Below are positions 1-12,963 of a stretch of DNA of 64,000 nucleotides, piece by piece. The notes beneath the pieces are model-generated. The model saw only the letters and a program-made list of their open reading frames with translations, searched no databases and had not been told where the DNA came from. Numbering within the stretch: the stretch's first letter is position 1; every line of letters starts with the position of its first letter. The translations under genes and the position numbers were made by a program. Source of the DNA: Hemiscyllium ocellatum (taxonomy: Eukaryota); assembly GCF_020745735.1 (NCBI RefSeq), contig NC_083414.1, positions 44,088,013-44,152,012 of the forward strand. Direction: 5' to 3'.

Positions 1-3000
1 CGTTTTTATTAATCCTGGCCAGTTAATTGTTATATACTAATTCAGTTTCTGCTTTTATGTTGGATAAGGCTTAAGTTTGCTATTCAAAGCAAGAAATTTA
101 AAACAAATGATGTAGCTTTGTGATACATAAACTCACGACAAACAAAAAGGCAAGTGGTTTCTCTCATTGTACCTTGGAGAAGAGAAAGAATCTTAATTAG
201 CAGGGTTGCACACTTGAACTCTAATGTCTTCCTACCTCTGGCAGAATTCAGCCCAAGGTAGGAAGCTCTTTGTTCAGACTTCCCATCCTGCTACTAATTA
301 AGGTCTTTAATTGACAAATTAATTACCATTTAAGTGCCTCATCCTGCTGTTGCTAGTGTTAACCCATTGGAGGGTGGGTTTGTATGTTGGTATGTGGCAG
401 GAAAATCTATGTGGCTTGCTGTGTTCTCCATTGAAGGGTCTTTTGTTGAAGGGCACACTCATTAGATAGAGAGGAACCCACTGTGATCCACCCCTGTGTC
501 TTGCCGCTGACTCCGCTATAATACCTTCCTACTCCCCCACTCAGTCTTGATATTATTTACCTGTGGTCTGGGTTATTACTCGATCCTATTTGCTATTGTC
601 TTTTCCTATTGTCATTCCAGCAGCAGCCACAGCCCTCCATAGCGACACAGGCCATTCAAAAGAGCTACTGGCAGCTGGTCGTCAAGCACCCCTTGGAAGG
701 TAAGACTTCTGCTTTCTGAATCCTTAATCCTGCAAAAGAACTTCCAGTGTCCTGTTACTTGCCTGAGCAACACTTAATAACAGCAGTTATTACCTCCCTA
801 AGAAGGTAATATGGGATTCCCAATCGATCTCCAGTTCAACAGTTCAGACTCCAAAGACCCCCTGAAATACATGCAGTTCAGTCTTTTGGTCCTAAGTGAA
901 TTCAGTACCAGCTTAATAATTCTCAAAAAATGTCATATACTTCATATTACTTTTTTCATCCTGACACAATTCCTGATAAAACCTTGAGGTATGTGTTATC
1001 TGTTACTCATTGATGGTTTGTCAGACCATGAAAAATAATGAAAATAGAGTTGTACGATTCCTTCTCAAAAGCTGAACTCAACAGTCCATGGATTTGCCAG
1101 TCAGGCTCTGGTAGCGATGAGAAAGTAAATTTTGAGATGGCAGATCATTCAAGGATGTGCGCTTCTTGTTAAAGATCATCAAACCAAACATTTAAACAAA
1201 TGCGTTATTTCAATATTGACCGGGTTTAATATGGTCTGTCATTGTGTGACCAGGCCCACTCATTTGTGAGAGACACCCTGAACCAGGTGCCAGGCAGAGG
1301 TAAACCTCTTTAGTTAAGAGGGCAGAAAATGGGATTCCTTTCAACTGCTGGTGGTATGGCAATTAGACTCCTTGCCAATTTGGCTCAGTGATGAGTCAAC
1401 TGACACCCATTTCTTTTCTGGGTCATACAAGTTTCTTCTGCCTTGAGAATGCAGCCCAGTGAACTCTGTTTGGTGTACAACTGGCCTCCCAGAGAAGACT
1501 CTCATTATCATGCAATGTGATGAAGGGACCTGGCCTTGGGAAAGGGAGTGTAATAGTGAAAGCCTCCCTTACCTTTGCTTCCAATCCATCTGCCATTAAT
1601 CCTTACCACCTCCAAACGTCTTAAGCAGGTGGTGTAACTCGAAGCTCAGGAAAGAGTCAGGAGTGAGACCTTGCTAGTTTTAACCACTGGGTCTCATTTT
1701 AATATTTGAATTCAGTCTCCCACCTGATGCTGATAGGAATATATAAAGGCAAGATACAAAGAGGGAACTGACACAGGTGGGAGACTGTAAAAAGTCTTCA
1801 TTGCAGAGTAATTTATCAGCTGGAATTTGATGCTTTTGGAGCAGCAGCAAGTCTTCATTAAAGTCACCCCAAGGTGTCAATGTTACTGGTCTGTGACTTT
1901 TAAATTTACATTAGGCCATGACAGCCTGCAGGTGACTTCAAAGTTGGTGAAAATAGAATGTCTTTAAATAAGACTAGTGTGGTCTCAAACAGATCAAAGG
2001 ACTTGGTTGTTTGTTTTCTCTCCTATTCACTGTTCCTGCTGGGTAGAATGTAATGCTGAGGGTTCAAATTGACCCCGTGCATTTTTAGTTAGGCAACTTT
2101 TAAATGATCAGGATTTAATGTGTAAATTATTTGATCAGTTGAAGCAGTTGATCCCATCTTGTAGAAAGCACTCTGCGTAAAGTAACAAACTTTTAAAATA
2201 ACTTGGAGCAATAACTTCCCAGTCTACGTTCTTTTGTTCAGTAAGTTATTTTTGCTGTTCAGTGTACTATTTTAATGGTTGAGCTATATCCAAATAAGCA
2301 GCTGGACAGCATATTCAGTCAATACACTCCCCTTCAAATTTACATTAGACAGAGCAAAACTATTGCAGGAGTTCTTCTTTTTATTGAGAAACTTTGGAGA
2401 AGAGCCCAAACCTAACATGTCATGAACTAAAATGCAGCAATTTAGTGCTAACAATTATGATTTTCAAGCACATATGTGCAGAATAACTTCAAAGAGCTGG
2501 GTTCAAACCCCCATTCTGGCTCCTGTAGTTCTTTGGTCCTGTTTTGCCTTGCCCCATTGTCATATGGCATCAGCCATAGTTAGCAACCCTCAAACAAGGA
2601 GGATCCTACACAGAGAAAGAAATGGGGACAACGATCGATGGAAATAATGAGTTTATTTTAACCTAATGCATCTTGAAAACATTTGTGTTTTGCTGGTCAG
2701 AGCTTAAGCAGATTTTTTTAAAATGCCAGCTAATAACCCAAATGAGCACGGATAGGTGGCTCATTATCATTGGTATCCATTTCACTGGCCTTGATTAATC
2801 TGCAAAAACAATATCTTTGTATGATACAGAACGTGCAAGTAGTTTCACTGGGCTGATAACAAGGTGCTGACAGGCAAGCTGAAGCTTGGATCCTGAAACT
2901 TCGCTCTCCTGTGCATTGTCTCATCTTCTCCATGTTCAGTTAATTCTCACAGCTGGATTTAACTTCTCTAGGCAGCCCAGATTATTGCTTCTGATTTTAC

Positions 3001-4744
3001 TGTACCTGAAAGCTTTGTCTCTTTTTAATCCTAACTTCTGATTTGCACTTCATCTGATCGCCACCCTCTATATAATGCCTCTGAGAATGTTAAAGATGTG
3101 CCTCAGGCATTTATGAATTGTTGATAATAAGCTACAAGAGATTTCATTTATCCTACTGTACTGGACAATACCTTTAGGATTTGCTTCCATTACTTTCCAA
3201 TTAATTTTGAATAGATCCCTTGTTATCTCAAAGGAAGAGCTTGTTTTCAAAGCATTTTGAAGAAGGCACTAAAATAATTGTTTAAAAGTATCCCGAAATA
3301 GAAACTTGCTTTGTTAACCTCTTCAACAGAATCCATTATGTTTTGTACAGATAAGAACTTAATTTTAGCTCCTTTCCCATTTTGTCTCAATGCCTTCATT
3401 GCTCTTATTCCTGAGCTTTTTTTTCATCTATACAGCTATAAATGTGGATTCAGTGCCGTCTAGTGGAAACATATGGAAGTGAAACTCTATATTAGGTTTT
3501 TATAGTCAGCAAATCCAGGCAATACAGGTATAGATTTTATAAAATAAACTAATATGGTTATACAAAATTCTTGTATTTGCTAAATTACAAAACAAGCATT
3601 GGATTCTGTCTAGAAAAGCTTTGTCTTTTATTGGCAAAGTTGAGAGCAAAATATGTTTGGAAAATATTTTAGATTTTCCCAGTTGAAAGCCCCTTGCACA
3701 AATGTTTAGATCTAGAATAAAACAACACAAAGGAAAATTAGCAGCATTGAAACAGTGATGATTAATTTTGTACTTTTTCTTACACTACTTGCTTTGAATT
3801 TTAAAAGCAATGTCTCATGAATGTGTAAATCATGAAAACTACTCCAAACGTTTTGGATCAGCATCTTTTACCATGTATGTTGCTTCATATTGTACGATTT
3901 GTCATACATTTTCAAGAAAAACTTCCACCAGATGAAATTACATATGACATTGAGTTATACAGTTTGAGCTGGAAAACAAATTTTAAAATCATCAGAACTA
4001 GTCAGTTATACAACTATTCTTCCCCATTTTTTCCAGTTTATTTACAACTCTATCAATTGTAAACTGTAAGCATTTGTTTCATATTATAGTGGAATCATAA
4101 TCACACATGGTGATAATGTCAAGTCCTAAATGTAATGGAAATTACAACTGACTGCATATTCTTCCACGTTACACTCTGTACACAAGAAATACCTGTTTAT
4201 AGTCACCAGGATTTATTGAAAGCTATAATTCCTGGATTGTAATAGCTTTTGAAAGATCAAACTCTTGGGTGAATCTTCACGTTTGGTTGTCATTGGTCTT
4301 CAAATTCTAAAATATCATTTGAGATATTGTTGGACCCTTTCTGTTACCTTGAATAGCTTTCCAAAATATTATTGTCCTTGTATAGTTTCAGATAACAGCT
4401 ATGTTCAAATTTATTGCTGTACTTTGATATATCTGAAGAGAAAGTCGATGGAAGGAGGTATTGGCCTCATACAGGTTTGGAAACCTATGGCAAATTTGCT
4501 TATGCCCCAAACATGGGAAAATATACCTTGTTTACATGACAACATTTCCAATTTCAAGATCATCTCAGTATTGGGAATGATTCCATTCATGTGAAAAATT
4601 ATTTTTTTTAAAGACAGCAATTTTGTTTTGTCATTTGAGTACCTCAGGAGGTGGTCTGATGATGAAATAAAGCAAAGTGCGCAAAAGAAAAAGAGAGTTC
4701 AGGAAGAAAATGCAGTCTCTCCAAAGTGCACTATGGAACAATCA

Positions 4745-4787
4745 TTGTTGTGGTTCTGTTCGCCGAGCTGGGAATTTGTGTTGCAGA
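4745..4787 (-). mobile_element. Short terminal fragment of another PLE family
   Basis: TTGTTGTGGTTCTGTTCGCCGAGCTGGGAATTTGTGTTGCAGA resembles, from recall, the pLTR tail of a common shark PLE. It is a short GC-richer insert in AT-rich context. Confidence 0.45.
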
Positions 4788-7700
4788 TCAGTCATATACA
4801 GATTTCATGTACTATGCTAGATACCACAAAGTTGTTGTAGTGTTACTATAAATCAATTTTTTTGATGGATTGATTTGAAGAAATGTCAGACAAAATAATT
4901 CAAACCCACAATTATAGAATTAACTGTTAGACTTTTTAAATTTCCCCATAAAATACATTTATAGAATCAAGTGTATCCACTGATTCTTCTCTTGTCCCTC
5001 CGTTGTCTCGGGTCAAATTTTCTCATGTAAACCTTTACAGCTGTTAAGGAAGGTGATTTAGATGAACGATTTCTCATTGGTTGGGATTATTATGAATAGA
5101 TGGAATGCATCTGGGATAATACCATTTTCTCCTTTATTTTATGATGCTTCACTGAAATAATAACTAGCAAATTACAACCAATTATGCAAAAGCTTAATAC
5201 ACAATAAGGAATAAAGATACAAACATCCAACTATTCGAACAGTAAAATAACGGAGTATTTAAGGGTTTGAACTACACTAACTGATCAGGAACCCTGAATT
5301 TTCCAAAGATTTGTAAGAGTGTCAGTTTCAGAGAACTTCATGAAGGCTTGCACTCTGTGAGTGCTGATAAGTTTTCTCATGCAATTTCATTCTTTTCACC
5401 CCATTAAGTGTGTACATTGCCTCCACAATGCCACCCTCCATGCAATCTTGTACTCAGCAGTGGCAGAGGTGCCATAACCTTCACACTAAAAGAGCCATTT
5501 GAACCTCCGATGTATACCATTTTTAATGCTTCCAGCCTGATCTAAGGTAGGCATCTGGAGTAATGACTGCTCCCCTTGGTCATTGAGTTGAAGCACATGC
5601 AGCGTATTTGCTATGTAAGCTGGCTGTAAGTGTGGCTCTGATGCAGTATAATGTCACATACTAGCATACCCACCCCCTTGACTATTCATTGCTGATAAAC
5701 ATGACAAACTGCCTGGCTTTCCATCTGCGGTAAAATGCAAATCAAGATAGCATCCAAATAAATAAATAAGGCTTTTTGTGCTCCTAAGTGTAGTATTGTG
5801 GTGCTGAATTATATTAAAGTTAGTCTACCATGATAAGATGGTGAAGCCAGTGCTTTGCTTCTGCTCACCTCCATGGATGAAGGGTGCAGGCAGTTGCTGC
5901 CCATAGAAAGTTCCCTGTGATTGCTGACAAAGGTGGATTCCCAGAGAAGACGTCAGTGGCCTATAGCCCACAGATAACCCCTCTGATGTCATGAATTGGT
6001 ACCACCTAATTTCTTCCTGCTCCCTAGGAAAGTAGAAACTTGCATGTAAATAAGTATGACTTCATAACAATGAGATATTAATGCATGCAAATAAACCCCT
6101 CTCCACTCAAGAGTAAGATTCTCATCCAATCGTCACATCATTTTGTGGAAAACTGAACTATTTGTCTTAGTGTCCAGAATCTCATTTTTCATTTCTTGCT
6201 GTATTATCCAAACTACCTTGCCATTGTCCATGCCATTCAAATGCTTATCATTTTTATGTTACTTTCAGCTACTGCTCAGTTTTTTTTATTCAGGATATAA
6301 GATTTTGATGCGATACTTCCCTTTTATTTTTTATTTACATGGTACTGATGATTGCCCAAAATCCAAAATATAATCAGAACTTCAAAGAAAATTACAAGTG
6401 AAATTTGCCTGGGATATTTTCTCTAAAATGTGAAACCTGGGTTGGGAAAGTATAATTTGGCCAAGACAACCTAGCACATTGATTTAATTTGATATTAGCC
6501 TGCAGGAATGTTTGAATGTAACTAATTTCATAGTTGTTTTGGGAATGAGTATTTGCATAATCCTTTGCACCCAGTCTCAGGCTGGAATAGCACAAGTTAT
6601 ATAGACAGTGAAGCTCCTTTGATGTTGTGAGAAACTCAGAAGATCACCTCATGACAACGCAGCTTTAATTTCATTTTTCAAAAATAATCATCCCTGTAGA
6701 TCTCACCACTGACAACTTTCCTGACATTATAGACATTTGTTTCTTCTGAATTTTGAACCACTGGAAAACTAGCTTGAGACAATTCAAATTCATTGATTCA
6801 AGGACCCTTACTTACTGCCTTACAGAAGGAAAATAAACTTCCACTCCATATACGTACTTTGATTTTAGACATTGGTCATTCGTACAAAAGATTGTGTTCA
6901 ATCACATGTGTTTTATGTCAAATGCAAGCACAGAAATATTTTGCAGTAGTGGGAAGGTAAAAGTATCTGGCCATATGTCTCATTATAAGAAGTCTGTGCA
7001 ATTAGGAATTCATCTTGCTCTTTATGTATAAAACGCTTGGAATCATTGCCTTTATTGAAGGATCTAATAAACGTGTCAAAATGGAAATGATTTTTTGACA
7101 GCTGTTCAAAGTTCTGCTCTCCAAATGATAAAACACTTGGGTTTTCCTTCAGCCAATAATAGAGCACACAAGTAATTAATTTGTCACTAGCTTTTACGTA
7201 ACAATGTGGATGGATATCTTAATAATGATATGTTGCCCACAGGCCTTCTAAAATGCACGGCCACTAATTTCACACACCACCAGTCTGTTATGGACCTGGT
7301 TTTAGCTGGTGGTGTCATATTTCAGCAAAAAGTGAACTTTTGCTATGTAACCATCTTGTTTAAAAGATTACATCAGCAGTCTATAGGACATGTTTAATAA
7401 ATCCATATGGACCTATGAGACTTACTTGCATACTTGGCATATGCTGCAGGCAGATGGCAGCAGCATTATCAGACTCAGCGTATGGTTTAATGAGCCCATT
7501 TCAATTTTTCAATTTCAAAATGTTTGCAGCCTTTTATGTTTTTTTTGTTTTATCACACTAAAGCCCCTAAAATGCCCTGAAGATACTTTGCTGTTATGAT
7601 TGTATTCCAGCTGGGATCTAGTTTTGTCAGAAATGCTTACCAAGAGAATCATTTTATATATAATTTTTCAGCCATAATCAATGTAGTTTTTCAGTCCAGT

Positions 7701-9966
7701 TCACAACAGCTGAAGCATAAAGCAAAATGTTGTTCACAGTGGTTTGGTGCAGCTGTTTGATAACTACATCAGCTATCATTTGTAAAGCTGTTAGAACAAT
7801 TCACTGATGAATACTCAAGTGCGTGACATTGCTCAGCTTTTCCATTTTGTTGTCAAAGTTCATTGGTATTGTAGATTTCTTTTTGAGAAAGGCAGCAAAC
7901 TATGCTTGCTGCCTGCATTATCCAAAATGCTCTTAACAAAGAACTATATACAATCTGAGAACTTTTTGAAATGACTTGCATTTAAATTGGTGCTGTGCAA
8001 TTACAAAGTTAATTAGTGTTAGTTTGTTATGCTCACTAATGTTAAAATTTGTACTCGTCTGTTGTCAGTTAGTACCTGAAAGAGTTCATTCTCATCACAG
8101 TATAAGCTCCTCCCATCAAGATAGAAAGGATTGCTCCTAGAGGAAGCAACAATTCTGTTTTAATTTGGTTTAAGTTTTCTGCTGATCCTATGTTGCTAAT
8201 AGTCATGTGTACTTGCTCTTAAGTATATCCTAAGACATCACATAGAACTCTCATGAAACTCAGATGCAACAAAACTAGCTATTATGTACCAAGTACCCTA
8301 CTTATTTAGTATTTCAAGAGTGAGCCTCAGTTCTGCCAAAGACTTCCCGAGTCGGTATTAGTAACTTAGACTAATGCAATAAAAAGGATTGGTTGCTATG
8401 AACCTAGCCACAGCATTTCAGATGGTTTCGGCATACACAACCACACAGATAAAAACAATTGCTTTATGGATTTATTATTACAGGCCTTCCACATCAGCGG
8501 TAAGGACACTACTACTGTGCCACAAAGACCGTCTTGCAAAGAAATCCTAAACCCTATCTCTTGATTGTGCATATGATGTCATTGGACCAGAGTGAATAAA
8601 AGTTTAGAATTAGCTATAATAATTAGTGTATTCAATGGCACCACTTATTGGGCACATAATTTAAGGGGTTGATCAAAAGTAGTGGCATGACTATCATCAA
8701 AAGTGCATAAAGTAATTGTTGTTACCCAATGCTAACTGTTCACTGAAACTGGACTGATATCATACATTGATTGTATATCACGACTTTTATTCATTTCACT
8801 GCTATAACATGGATTAATTTCACCCTTATTTCCAAGGTATAAATTACAGCTATGATAGGATAGATATCTTTGAAAATAAATAATATTTTATTCAACAACT
8901 TTGAAAACAAATGATTCTACTTCTGGCAGATCAAGAAGTCATGAAGCAATGATTGCAGAAAATAGTTAAGGTTTTGTTGAGTGAGCCATTTCTTGACATT
9001 GGGACCATCTACTGAGTGGAATCATATAGGGCCCTGAATGGTGTGGATTATGGTGAATCACATGAGATGTCCAATGAGGTCTTTGTTGACATTGGGAGCA
9101 ACAAGCTGCATTTATAACTAAATTCTGGACGTTGAGATGAGATCATCACTAAGTAGTGGCGAGATGCCTAATAATGGGACTTACTGATGGTTTATACCCT
9201 CAACAACTCCTTGTCTCACCTCATTAATTTTTAACTTCCTATCTGATCACTTGCCACAACAAAACTAGATGTTGAGAATTCCTGATGTGGAAGCAGAGTG
9301 GGTATTTGGTAGCTCAGTTTGACCCATGCTTCTTTAGACTGCTATATTGAACATCCAACAACAACATCTCAGAGCAGGCTCCAGGTGATCTGCCATACTC
9401 ACCCCCGTCCAGGGCCGCTGTCATACAACATATGACAGCCTTTCAGAACCCTCATATCTGTCTGATCCACTTACTTTTATGTACTCCCAAGGTACATAAA
9501 ATCATACAGCACAGAAACAGATCTTTTAGTCAAACTTATCCATAATAACCAAGTTCTCCAAATTAAACTACTTCTGCAAATTAAAGCTGCAGTTTGGGAA
9601 GCACTGTCAACTAGCATTGTTGCAAGGATATATTGTGTGCAGGAACTAGTACCCAGCTCACAGTTTGAACTCGCTTGCTACCTTAGTGTTCAGGCACCTT
9701 GAGCACACAAGGATACTCACAACATCACTGTTTTACCTTCTTGTGCTTTGCCTTTCCCCTACCCTTTCCCACCCCTGACACTGCCAAACCCACCAGGTCA
9801 TGTTCTTCTGCCTTGGCTTGCCATTTAGCACAGACAAAAAGCCAGGAAACTTGTTACGGTTGTCAATATTCCTTGTCCAACTCAAGTGTTACAACCTTCA
9901 GTCAGGGTGTCCTGGCACACTAATTCAAGGGTAATCTCCAATTAAAAAATGAGGTCTGCAGATGAT

Positions 9967-10104
9967 ACGGAACCGACTGATCCCACACGGACTCCGAACT
10001 ACATTCCAACCAACAAAATTTGGACCCAACCAGGAACGGAACCGACTGATCCCACACGGACTCCGAACTACATTCCAACCAACAAAATTTGGACCCAACC
10101 AGGA
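9967..10104 (+). repeat. Perfect tandem duplication, 2 x 69 bp
   Basis: ACGGAACCGACTGATCCC...GACCCAACCAGGA at 9967-10035 and again at 10036-10104. Confidence 0.97.
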
Positions 10105-10661
10105 AGGACCACTCCCTTCGTGACTCCCTTGTCAGATCCACACCCCCCACCAACCCAACCTCCACCCCCGGCACCTTCCCCTGCAACCGCAGGAAATGTA
10201 AAACTTGCGCCCACACCTCCACACTCACTTCCCTCCAAGGCCCCAAGGGATCCTTCCATATCCGCCACAAGTTCACCTGTACCTCCACACACATCATCTA
10301 TTGCATCCGCTGCACCCGATGTGGCCTCCTCTATATTGGTGAGACAGGCCGCTTACTTGCGGAACGCTTCAGAGAACACCTCTGGGCCGCCCGAACCAAC
10401 CAACCCAATCACCCCGTGGCTCAACACTTTAACTCCCCCTCCCACTCCACCGAGGACATGCAGGTCCTTGGACTCCTCCACCGGCAGAACACAACTACAC
10501 GACGGCTGGAGGAGGAGCGCCTCATCTTCCGCCTGGGAACCCTCCAACCACAAGGTATGAATTCAGATTTCTCCAGCTTCCTCATTTCCCCTCCCCCCAC
10601 CTTGTCTCAGTCGGTTCCCTCAACTCAGCACCGCCCTCCTAACCTGCAATCCTCTTCCTGA
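10105..10661 (+). pseudogene. PLE GIY-YIG endonuclease domain (5'-truncated ORF)
   Basis: ORF 10089..10661 reads PCNRRKCKTC...FTCTSTHIIYCIRCTRCGLLYIGETGRLLAERFREH...PVAQHFN...EERLIFRLGTLQPQGMN. It has the IIY/YIG motifs, the conserved R and E residues, and the Cys-rich linker typical of PLEs. Confidence 0.92.
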
Positions 10662-10794
10662 CCTCTCCGCCCCCACCCCACGCCGGCCTATCACCCTCAC
10701 CTTGACCTCCTTCCACCTATCCCACCTCCATCGCCCCTCCCCCTAGTCCCTCCTCCCTACCTTTTATCTCAGCCTGCTTGGCTCTCTCTCTCTT

Positions 10795-10830
10795 ATTCCT
10801 GATGAAGGGCTTATGCTCGAAACGTCGAAT
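10795..10830 (+). ncRNA. Minimal type I hammerhead ribozyme in PLE pLTR
   Basis: AUUC-CUGAUGA-A-GGGC(UUAU)GCUC-GAAA-CG-UC^GAAU. Core boxes are intact, stem I is AUUC/GAAU, stem II is present, and helix III is the palindrome ACGU. Predicted cleavage is after C10826. Confidence 0.85.
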
Positions 10831-12849
10831 TCTCTATTCCTGAGATGCTGCCTAACCTGCTGTGCTTTGACCAGCAACACATTTGCAGCTGTAATCTCCA
10901 ATGACAGTCCATGGGGGTTAGGCAGGATCAGTCGACTACTCAGGATGGTCAGGATCCTCTTACCATCAAAAGAAACCAAATGTTGGGCCCCCACCACCCA
11001 TCTTGGAACTTTCTGCCTAGTTGTGCACTGTGTTTTGCCTGGAGCAAGACAAAGGGAAGGGTCAAGTAAGGTAAAAGTGTGTGGTGCAGCTGTTGGTGCT
11101 TGTGCTCACAAGGGAATGTGCTAAGATAGCCCAAGCGAGTGAGTTGGCAGCACAGAGGCCATTTAGGAGTATAATTGTTCGTGATTGGGGTGGTTAAATG
11201 TGTGTGAGGAAAGGTAGTGGCAGAGTGTGACCCTTGGTGAGAAGTGGGTGCAATTGCAAAAATATAAAGTGTGAACCTTGAGAGAAGATGTTGGATCTTG
11301 TCCTGGTAGCTCTAAGAAGCTCATTGACCTCCTTCCTATATTGCTGGGTATTCCTCCAAACAGTGAGACTGCAATGCAAGCTTGGACCAGGGTCTGATGT
11401 TGTGACCTCCTCTTCTGCTCATGGGGGAAGAGGCCAACCATCCTTTGCACCATCCCATGCATCAAGACCTTTTGTCCCTTCTTCAAAGCAGGGCACTGGT
11501 TTCCCCTTCTCTGCCAAGGCTCAGGAACCATGTAGAGCAGCTCTGGAGGAAAGGAGCTTGTCTGGCTATGCAACAGCCTTTTAGAGATTATGTGTAAAAC
11601 AGGTACCAATCCAACCAGGATAATCTCAGCACAGGCAGATTCATCCAACTAAGGTGATGGAAGAACCAGGCTGGCTGTAGGCAGGAGCATCACCAAAGGA
11701 GTACAGTAGGTGATTAATGAGGCAAATTTGGGATGTTCACACATGAAATCAAATTCGGCCCCACAGTGAGAAACCTTCCATGAAACTTAACAAAACTTAC
11801 TCAGCAAAAATATCATAAGGTTCAGCCCCTTTCTTTTAATCCTTTTTCAAAGCCCTTGAACATCCTTTTATCTTTTGAAGACATTAAACCATATAGCTTA
11901 TCACTAGGCTTCAAAGTCCTGTTTGAGATGGATATAAAAGTTAGGTCGGACTATGAGAATCCTGAATGTTGACTGTGTCTGAGGTTGACCCATATATTCT
12001 GTTTGCAAACAATTTGAGAAAGGCACCAATTGTTCAAAATATTCACTATGTAACGATGTTTCTTCTCTGAAGTATCTGCATCAACAGACACCAGACTGAA
12101 CATTGCATGTTTCCAGAATTTAGGAAGAAATTCATCCTTTGATTGTCCTTTGAAAATAATTTGCCATGCTAGAACTTTTGCAGCAACACTATTTTCAAAA
12201 GTTTTCACTGAATAGATGACTGCTTAAAAACTGAGAGTTTTTTTAGCTTTGCAGAGTCTGTGTCAGAGAAGGGAAAGGTTGACTTAATTTCACTGGATGT
12301 CTGCCAGAAAGAAAAGGTTTGAAAAGAACAAATCCTGGCATAGCCTATTCTGCCAGCAAAGCTAAAGTTCAGCCCATACTGAGCTTTGTTATGTGAGCTG
12401 GATATAGGCCAGCGTCTGAACAATCCTTTTGTAAATATTACTAAATGCAAGAAGGGTCAAAGCTATTATTTTTTGCTGTATGGTAACAAAAATAAATGAA
12501 TGTCATGACAGATGCAGCCAAATGCTAGAAATTTGTTCACAGGACTGGTTTGAATGTGTATTGTTATTTGTTTTTGATGGACCAATTATAGTTGAAGTTT
12601 CTTTAGGAATATTGTTACACTACATAACATTGAATAGAAAGTCACAGGTCAGTAGACCATGGTAAATTGATGGTTTTGCATTGTTGTCTATCAGTTGACG
12701 ATAGTGCTCTGTACAGATTTGTATGTACTGAGCTCTGTAAAAAAAAAACTTAACTATTCTATTGGTTGTCAACTCGTATTGAATTGTGAAAAGACCCCAC
12801 TTTGTGGTCAAGTGAACTACAGATATGTTCTCAACTTACCTTCACAATT

Positions 12850-12963
12850 AGAGGTATTTTCCTAATCAACTTGTTCAGAGAAGATGTAACACATTTCTGG
12901 AGTAGGTAGGACTTGAACCTGGGTTTGCTAGGTCAGGGATAGACACATTATCTCTGTGCCAAA
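12850..12963 (-). mobile_element. Degenerate tRNA-derived SINE head
   Basis: Minus strand reads TGGCACAGAGATAATG (A-box-like) ... CAGGTTCAAGTCC (B-box). Confidence 0.45.

Larger units (their letters stand above)
9943..10890 (+). mobile_element. Penelope-like element, rearranged 3' portion (GIY-YIG region + pLTR), young copy
   Basis: Flanked by direct repeat GTAATCTCCAAT (9931-9942 and 10891-10902). Contains an uninterrupted GIY-YIG coding segment, a pyrimidine-rich 3' UTR and a pLTR with a hammerhead motif. The 5' end is an inverted copy of the pLTR tail (AAAAAATGAGGTCTGCAGATG). Confidence 0.93.
9029..11828 (-). mobile_element. Decayed PIF/Harbinger-like DNA transposon with Myb/SANT remnant (interrupted by the PLE)
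   Basis: Minus-strand frames at ~11290-11530 give AEKGKPVPCF...GMVQRMVGLFP...WRNTQQYRKEVNELLRATR, a Myb/SANT-like domain of the Harbinger/NAIF1 type. Candidate termini are GGGCCCTGAAT (9029) and GGTTCAGCCC (11828). Boundaries are uncertain. Confidence 0.55.

Noticed and set aside
240-1720. GC-richer blocks that look like old non-autonomous DNA transposons (also ~5350-6040, 17930-19180, 24960-25560, 28720-29110, 54230-55200)
   Set aside because: Probably repeats, but I cannot define termini, TSDs or family from the sequence alone.
6913-7167. 84-aa ORF and other AT-rich ORFs (e.g. 4265-4594, 41805-42122, 60876-61193) as host exons
   Set aside because: No recognisable domain, composition typical of random AT-rich frames, no convincing splice-site pairs.
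9949-10560. 203-aa Pro/Thr-rich ORF resembling a mucin-like protein
   Set aside because: Alternative frame of the C-rich PLE sequence and the 69-bp duplication; the GIY-YIG frame explains the region.
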